Under the pieces are notes generated by a model, which did no database searches, was not told the origin of the DNA, and was given only the letters and a program-made list of their open reading frames with translations. The position numbers and the translations under genes were made by a program. From Acidobacteriota bacterium (GTDB taxonomy: Bacteria; Acidobacteriota; Polarisedimenticolia; J045): a stretch of 34,780 bases of DNA. The stretch spans positions 3,865,620 to 3,900,399 of the forward strand of contig CP070706.1 of assembly GCA_020350085.1 (NCBI GenBank), given 5' to 3'. Below are positions 29,816 to 34,780 of this stretch, piece after piece (position 1 is the stretch's first letter; each line of letters begins with the position of its first letter).

Positions 29816-32563
29816 TCAGCCGCTGGCTATCGCTGCCTGGGCGGCGGCGACGCGGGCTACCGGCAGGCGGCGCGGCGAGCACGACACGTAGTCCAAACCG
29901 ACCTCGTGGCTGAACCGGACCGACTGCGGATCGCCGCCGTGCTCGCCGCAGATGCCGATCTTCAGCTCCGTCTTGCTGGTCCGGCCACGCTCGCATCCGA
30001 TGCGTAGCAACTGCCCCACGCCGTCCTGATCGAGACTCTGGAACGGGTCCGTCGCGAAGATCCCCGACTCTATGTAGTGCGGGAGGAATGACGCGGCGTC
30101 GTCCCGGGAGATGCCGAAGGTCGTCTGCGTCAGATCATTGGTCCCAAACGAGAAGAAGTCCGCCGAAGCGGCGATCTGGTCGGCCACGAGCGCCGCTCGC
30201 GGCAGCTCGATCATGGTCCCCACCTGGAACGAGACCCGCCGACCACGCTCTTCGAACACCTGCTCGGCCACCTGCTCGACGACGGCTCGTTGGCGTTTGA
30301 GCTCCTCGGGGTGACCGACGAGCGGGATCATGATCTCTGGGTGCACCTCGATCTGCTCCTGCGCCACATCACACGCCGCCTCGAGGATGGCCCTCGCCTG
30401 CATGGCCGTGATCTCGGGAAACGCCAGTCCGAGCCGACACCCGCGGTGGCCGAGCATCGGATTCAGCTCACGCAGTCCTTCGACCTTGGCCTCGATCTCG
30501 CTGGCAGGCCGTGCCAGCCGCTCGGACAGCTCGGCGAGCTCTCCCTGCTCGTGCGGCAAGAACTCGTGCAGGGGCGGATCGAGGGTGCGAATCGTCACCG
30601 GCCGACCCCGCATCGCTCGAAAGATTCCGGCGAAGTCCTCACGTTGCATCGGCAGCAGCTCCGCGAGCGCCTCACGGCGACCCGCCTCATCGGCCGCCAG
30701 AATCATCCGGCGCATCGCCGTGATCCGCTCGTTCTCGAAGAACATGTGCTCCGTGCGGCACAGTCCGATTCCCTCCGCTCCGAGTGCTACCGCCTCCGCT
30801 GCTTGCTGCGGCGTGTCGACGTTTGCACGCACGCCGAGCCTGCGGAACCGATCGGCCCACTCGAGGATCCGCATGTAGCTGCGCGCGACCGGACTCTCAT
30901 CGACGCTGCGCGATCTCTCGGTCAGCACCTGGACCACTTCCGACGGGTGAGGCGTCATTCGACCGTCGAAGACCTGTCCGCGGGCGCCGTCGAGGCTGAT
31001 CCAATCCCCTTCGCGAAGCACACGGGAGCCCACCGCCAGTGTCGCGCTTTCGTAATCGATCCGCAGTGCGCTGCAACCGACGACACACGGTTTGCCGCGC
31101 TGGCGCGCCACGAGAGCGGCATGACTGGTAATGCCTCCTCGCGCGGTGAGGATGCCTCGGGCCACCTCCATGCCTCCGACGTCCTCGGGCGAGGTTTCGA
31201 CGCGCGCGAGGATCACGCTCTCGCCTCGAGCGGCCCACTGCTTGGCGTCTTCGGCGTGGAAGACGATCCGCCCCGTCGCGGCGCCGGGGCCGGCCGGAAG
31301 ACCGGTGGTCATCAGCCTGCCATCGCGCTCGGCTTCCTGCAGCGCCCGGTCTGAGAACACCGGCGCCAGCAGATGCTCCATCGCTTGCGCTTCGACGCGG
31401 GTGATGGCCGTCTTCTCGTCGATCAGCTGCTCGTCGACCATCTCGGTCGCGATGCGAACCGCGGCGAGTCCGGTGCGCTTTCCCGAGCGTGTCTGCAGGA
31501 TGAACAGCTTTCCCTTCTCGATGGTGAATTCGAGGTCTTGCATGTCTCGATAGTGCTTCTCGAGCTGATGCGCGATGTCTTGAAGCTGCTCGTAGCAGGC
31601 CGGCATCAATTCCTCGAGCGAGCCGCCAGCTCGGTCGGCGTCGGCTTCCTGTACGCGACTGATGGGCTGCGGCGTGCGCGTGCCGGCGACGACGTCTTCG
31701 CCTTGGGCATTGACCAGGAACTCGCCAAACAGGCTGTTGTCTCCCGTGGCCGGGTCTCGCGTGAAGGCGACTCCCGTGGCGCAGTCCTCACCGAGATTGC
31801 CGTAGACCATCGCTTGCACGTTGACGGCTGTTCCCCACTCAGCCGGGATGTGATAAAGGCGCCGGTACGCGGCCGCCCGCGGGTTGTCCCACGAGCGGAA
31901 CACGGCAGAGATCGCTCCCCAGAGCTGCTCGAGCGGATCGTCCGGAAACTCCTTTCCCGTCCGCTCGCGTACGAGAGCCTTCGAGCGCCGAACCAGCTGT
32001 TCGAGCGCGTCAGCGGTCAGTTCCGTGTCGAGCGCGGCGCGCTGCTCGTGCTTGATCTCATCGAGCAGGCTCTCGAACGGGTCCGGCTCCGTCTTGTTTC
32101 GCGGGCGCACCTGCAGCACCACGTCCGAGTACATCGCCACGAAGCGCCGATAGGCGTCGAAGGCGAACCGTCGGTCACCAGAGCTGTCGGCCAACCCCTC
32201 AGCGGTCCGATCGTTCAAGCCGAGGTTGAGCACGGTATCCATCATCCCCGGCATCGACATCCGCGCCCCCGACCGCACCGAGACCAGCAGCGGATTCGAT
32301 GGGTCGCCAAAAGAGCGGCCCATCATCTGCTCGACCCGACTGACGGCTTGATCGACCTCGGATGCCAGCACGGCGGGGAATTCACCACCGCTGCGCGAAT
32401 AGTGCGCGCACACGTCGGTCGTGATGGTAAAGCCGGGCGGCACCGGCAGCCCGAGCCGCGCCATCTCCGCCAGATTGGCTCCTTTGCCGCCGAGCAGATC
32501 GCGCATCGATGCGCTTCCGTCTGCACTCCCGCCTCCGAACACGTACACATGCTTGTCCGACAT
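29816..32563 (-). CDS. ppdK: Pyruvate, phosphate dikinase
   Basis: MSDKHVYVFGGG...GGKGANLAEMARLGLPVPPGFTITT (ATP-grasp N-terminus), phospho-histidine domain RGGITSHAALVARQRGKPCVVG, PEP-utilising C-terminal TIM barrel (GLCRTEHMFF, FFSFGTNDLTQ, GICGEHGGDP). ATG 32563 is preceded by GGAGAGGAG. I rejected the maximal ORF start at 32638. Confidence 0.95.
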   Translation of the reverse strand: MSDKHVYVFGGGSADGSASMRDLLGGKGANLAEMARLGLPVPPGFTITTDVCAHYSRSGGEFPAVLASEVDQAVSRVEQMMGRSFGDPSNPLLVSVRSGARMSMPGMMDTVLNLGLNDRTAEGLADSSGDRRFAFDAYRRFVAMYSDVVLQVRPRNKTEPDPFESLLDEIKHEQRAALDTELTADALEQLVRRSKALVRERTGKEFPDDPLEQLWGAISAVFRSWDNPRAAAYRRLYHIPAEWGTAVNVQAMVYGNLGEDCATGVAFTRDPATGDNSLFGEFLVNAQGEDVVAGTRTPQPISRVQEADADRAGGSLEELMPACYEQLQDIAHQLEKHYRDMQDLEFTIEKGKLFILQTRSGKRTGLAAVRIATEMVDEQLIDEKTAITRVEAQAMEHLLAPVFSDRALQEAERDGRLMTTGLPAGPGAATGRIVFHAEDAKQWAARGESVILARVETSPEDVGGMEVARGILTARGGITSHAALVARQRGKPCVVGCSALRIDYESATLAVGSRVLREGDWISLDGARGQVFDGRMTPHPSEVVQVLTERSRSVDESPVARSYMRILEWADRFRRLGVRANVDTPQQAAEAVALGAEGIGLCRTEHMFFENERITAMRRMILAADEAGRREALAELLPMQREDFAGIFRAMRGRPVTIRTLDPPLHEFLPHEQGELAELSERLARPASEIEAKVEGLRELNPMLGHRGCRLGLAFPEITAMQARAILEAACDVAQEQIEVHPEIMIPLVGHPEELKRQRAVVEQVAEQVFEERGRRVSFQVGTMIELPRAALVADQIAASADFFSFGTNDLTQTTFGISRDDAASFLPHYIESGIFATDPFQSLDQDGVGQLLRIGCERGRTSKTELKIGICGEHGGDPQSVRFSHEVGLDYVSCSPRRLPVARVAAAQAAIASG

Positions 32564-32676
32564 CACATCTCCTCTCCGAGCGTCGGTGCTCCGCCAGCGT
32601 CCCGACTCACAGCGGGCAGCAGAGCACACCACCGTCAAGATCCGGGCGTCATGAACAACCCGGGCTTGCCCGAGCG

Positions 32677-34780
32677 CTACTTCCTCTCCACGACCAGTTC
32701 GGACAGGTCGACGATGCTGTTCGCCAGCTGATCGAACTCTGCGATCAACGAGAGTCTCGCCCGCCGCACCGTGGCGTCCTCGTCCATCACCAATACCTCG
32801 TCGAAGAAACGATCGATCGTCGGTCGCAGCCGCGCCAGCTCCGCCAGTGACGCCGCGTATTTCCCCTGGCTCGTCGCCGCTTGGACCCGCTCGCCGGCGC
32901 TCCGAATCGACTCGCCGAGAGCGCGCTCCGCAGCCAGCGTGAGCTGATCGCCGTGCTCGCCGATCCGAGCTGGCTCACCCCGCTCGGCCGCCTGCAACAA
33001 GATGTTGCGCACCCGCTTGCTCGCGGCCGCGAGCGCGAGAAAGTCGTCGCTGCTGCGAAAGCCCTGCATCCCCTGCAATCGATTCATCAGGTCCGTCGGC
33101 AGCATCCTTCGAGACGCTCGGCTCCGTACCGCTGCGATCTCGTCGTAACGCGCCCCGATCCGCCTCTCCGCAATCACGGAGAAGCGCTCGAACAGGAACG
33201 TTACCAGCGTGGGCCGCGCCTCGTCGGCACGCTCGGCGACCGAGCGACCATCGGGGTCTCGTCTGTAGGTGTCGAGCGCCGAGTCGATCACGCGCAACAG
33301 ATCGAGCGCCGGCTCCTCGAGGGCGAGTCTGACCGCGGTCGTCGCTGCACGCCGCAGCGCGAACGGATCCTTGCTACCGCTCGGAACGAGCCCCACGGCG
33401 AAGCATCCGACGAGCGTGTCGAGCCGATCTGCGATGCGCAGCAGTCGCGACACACGCGCCGCGTCGCCGACGGCCGAGCACTCCTCCGCCGCGTGAAAAT
33501 CGCGAAGCGCCGCAACCACCGTGTTCGGGCTTCCCTCCTCGTGCGCCAGCAGGCTACCGACGACGCCCTGGAGCTCCGGGAACTCGCCCACGAGACCGGT
33601 CGTCAGGTCACAGCGCGACAGCCGCGCCGCACGGGTGAGCGCCTCACGAAGCTCGGCCGCGAGCTCCCGCTCTGCGCCGAGTCGGTCAACGAGACCGATG
33701 AGCCGCCGGGTTTTGGCCGCCACGGTGCCGAGCTCGTGCTGGAACAAGATGCCGTCGAGCTCCTCGAGCCGATCTGCTAGCGCCCGTTTGCGGTCCTCGT
33801 TCCAGAAAAAGAGCGCATCGTGCAGACGGCCCGAAACGACCCATTCGTGACCGCGCTGGATGTGTCCTTGGGGGTCGTCCGGCATGTTCACGCCGACGGC
33901 GAAAGCGGGAAGAACACCACGCTCGTCGCGGACCGAGAACGCCTTTTGGTGGTGCTTGAGGCAGGTTCGCAGGACGGGCTCGGGCAGCTCGGCGACGAAC
34001 GCGGCTTCGAAGCTTCCAGCTCGAGCTGCCGGCCACTCCAGTATGTCGGCGACCTCGTCGAGCAGCTGCGCGTCTTCGACCAACCGCCCGCCGCGGCGCT
34101 GCGCTTCCCCCTGAAGTGACCCGCTCAACCGTTCTCGCCGCTTCTGTGGATCCGCCGTCACGCACGCACCCTCGAGGACATCCTCCCAGACGTTCGCCGA
34201 CGGGACTGCGTGAGGACCGGGAAAGAGCACCCGGTGACCACGCGTCCATCGATCCGCCGCGATTCCGAACAGACTCAGCCCCAGAACCTCCCGATCGGCC
34301 AATGCGACGAGCCAGTGAACGGGCCGCACGAAGGTGTGCTCGCCATCACCCCAGCGCATCATCTTGCCGAACGTCAGTCCGGCCACGGCCCGTTCGAACG
34401 ATTCGCTCAACACGTCGCCGAGCGGACGGGCCGGCTGCTCGAGGCGCAGCGCGGCGTAGACTCCCCGCTCGGTCTCATGCCGCAACAGCTGCTGCGGGCT
34501 CGCGCCGTGTTTGGCGGCAAATCCGCTCGCAGCTCGCGTGGGCTGACCCTCGCCGTCCCAGGCCGCCGCGGCCGGCGGGCCGGTCACGAGGGTCTCGGTC
34601 GGTCGGGTCGCCGTCTGTGTCTGCGGCAAGCGAACGGCCAGCCGGCGCGGACCCCAGAGCAGCTCGGGCTCACCGTGTGTCAGTCCCGCCCGGTCGAGAA
34701 CCTCCGTCACCGCGCGAGCAAGGTCCCGCGCTCCACTCGGCAGCATCCGCGCAGGGATCTCCTCGCAGCCGATTTCGATC
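32677..34780 (-). CDS. glyS: Glycine--tRNA ligase beta subunit (5' end runs off the window)
   Basis: KHHQKAFSVRD (HQKYF-type motif) and a typical GlyS body with a C-terminal anticodon-binding-like region. The reading frame stays open upstream of the track ATG (34746) to the window edge. There it encodes IEIGCEEIPARMLP, the conserved GlyS N-terminal (L)LxEIGxEExPA motif. The real start therefore lies beyond nt 34780. glyQ is expected just outside the window. Confidence 0.93.
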   Translation of the reverse strand, partial: IEIGCEEIPARMLPSGARDLARAVTEVLDRAGLTHGEPELLWGPRRLAVRLPQTQTATRPTETLVTGPPAAAAWDGEGQPTRAASGFAAKHGASPQQLLRHETERGVYAALRLEQPARPLGDVLSESFERAVAGLTFGKMMRWGDGEHTFVRPVHWLVALADREVLGLSLFGIAADRWTRGHRVLFPGPHAVPSANVWEDVLEGACVTADPQKRRERLSGSLQGEAQRRGGRLVEDAQLLDEVADILEWPAARAGSFEAAFVAELPEPVLRTCLKHHQKAFSVRDERGVLPAFAVGVNMPDDPQGHIQRGHEWVVSGRLHDALFFWNEDRKRALADRLEELDGILFQHELGTVAAKTRRLIGLVDRLGAERELAAELREALTRAARLSRCDLTTGLVGEFPELQGVVGSLLAHEEGSPNTVVAALRDFHAAEECSAVGDAARVSRLLRIADRLDTLVGCFAVGLVPSGSKDPFALRRAATTAVRLALEEPALDLLRVIDSALDTYRRDPDGRSVAERADEARPTLVTFLFERFSVIAERRIGARYDEIAAVRSRASRRMLPTDLMNRLQGMQGFRSSDDFLALAAASKRVRNILLQAAERGEPARIGEHGDQLTLAAERALGESIRSAGERVQAATSQGKYAASLAELARLRPTIDRFFDEVLVMDEDATVRRARLSLIAEFDQLANSIVDLSELVVERK

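Noticed and set aside
30290-32731. ORFs 30290..31354 (+, 354 aa) and 31373..32731 (+, 452 aa), antisense to ppdK, plus the ppdK extension to 32638
   Set aside because: PPDK homology on the minus strand is unambiguous. The ATG at 32563 has a strong GGAGAGGAG SD, and the extension (MTVVCSAARCESGRW...) has no family counterpart.
32881-33780. ORF 32881..33780 (+, 299 aa), antisense to glyS
   Set aside because: It is an antisense shadow ORF.
1-34780. Search for defense systems, prophage, integrative elements, toxin-antitoxin pairs or biosynthetic clusters
   Set aside because: No integrase, transposase, recombinase, restriction, Cas or phage structural signatures appear in any frame. tRNA-Leu is not flanked by a direct repeat of its 3' end that I could see. 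The gene content is housekeeping, envelope and RNA metabolism.

Overview
This is a very GC-rich, densely coding 34.8 kb window from a diderm (Gram-negative type) bacterium. The gene mix (GWxTD protein, DUF4388/PATAN-like protein, bactofilin, fused MFS/spermidine-synthase, GldG-type ABC operon) suggests Acidobacteriota, Myxococcota or Gemmatimonadota; this placement is inference only. I see no CRISPR array, transposase, integrase or phage genes, so this looks like core chromosome rather than an accessory island. Plus strand: tolB-pal-cpoB, rpsT, a fused MFS/spermidine-synthase/TPR protein, tRNA-Leu(CAG), a GWxTD protein and a small Cys-rich ORF. Minus strand: rnr-archease-rtcB operon, DUF4388/methyltransferase/bactofilin/HEAT cluster, ABC ATPase/ABC-2 permease/GldG-like/DUF4340 operon, mltG-ruvX, a 2083-aa giant ORF, a DksA-like protein, ppdK, and glyS running off the right edge. 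The most unusual object is the 2083-aa ORF (22692..28943, minus). It joins a complete TamB/AsmA-like module (N-terminal membrane anchor through the DUF490-type C-terminus) in frame to a complete Omp85 module (five POTRA-like repeats plus a TamA-sized beta-barrel ending in Phe). That would be a single-chain inner-to-outer-membrane TAM-like bridge. Secondary points of interest are the translationally coupled RNase R-archease-RtcB RNA repair/decay operon, a possible bactofilin cytoskeletal cluster, a DksA homolog with a long polyacidic tail, and a poorly coding 0.8 kb stretch with a small 4-Cys ORF. The ORF track reports maximal ORFs and shows GTG/TTG starts as M. Many long R/P/A-rich ORFs are alternative-frame or antisense shadows of real genes, as expected at this GC content, and I rejected them.
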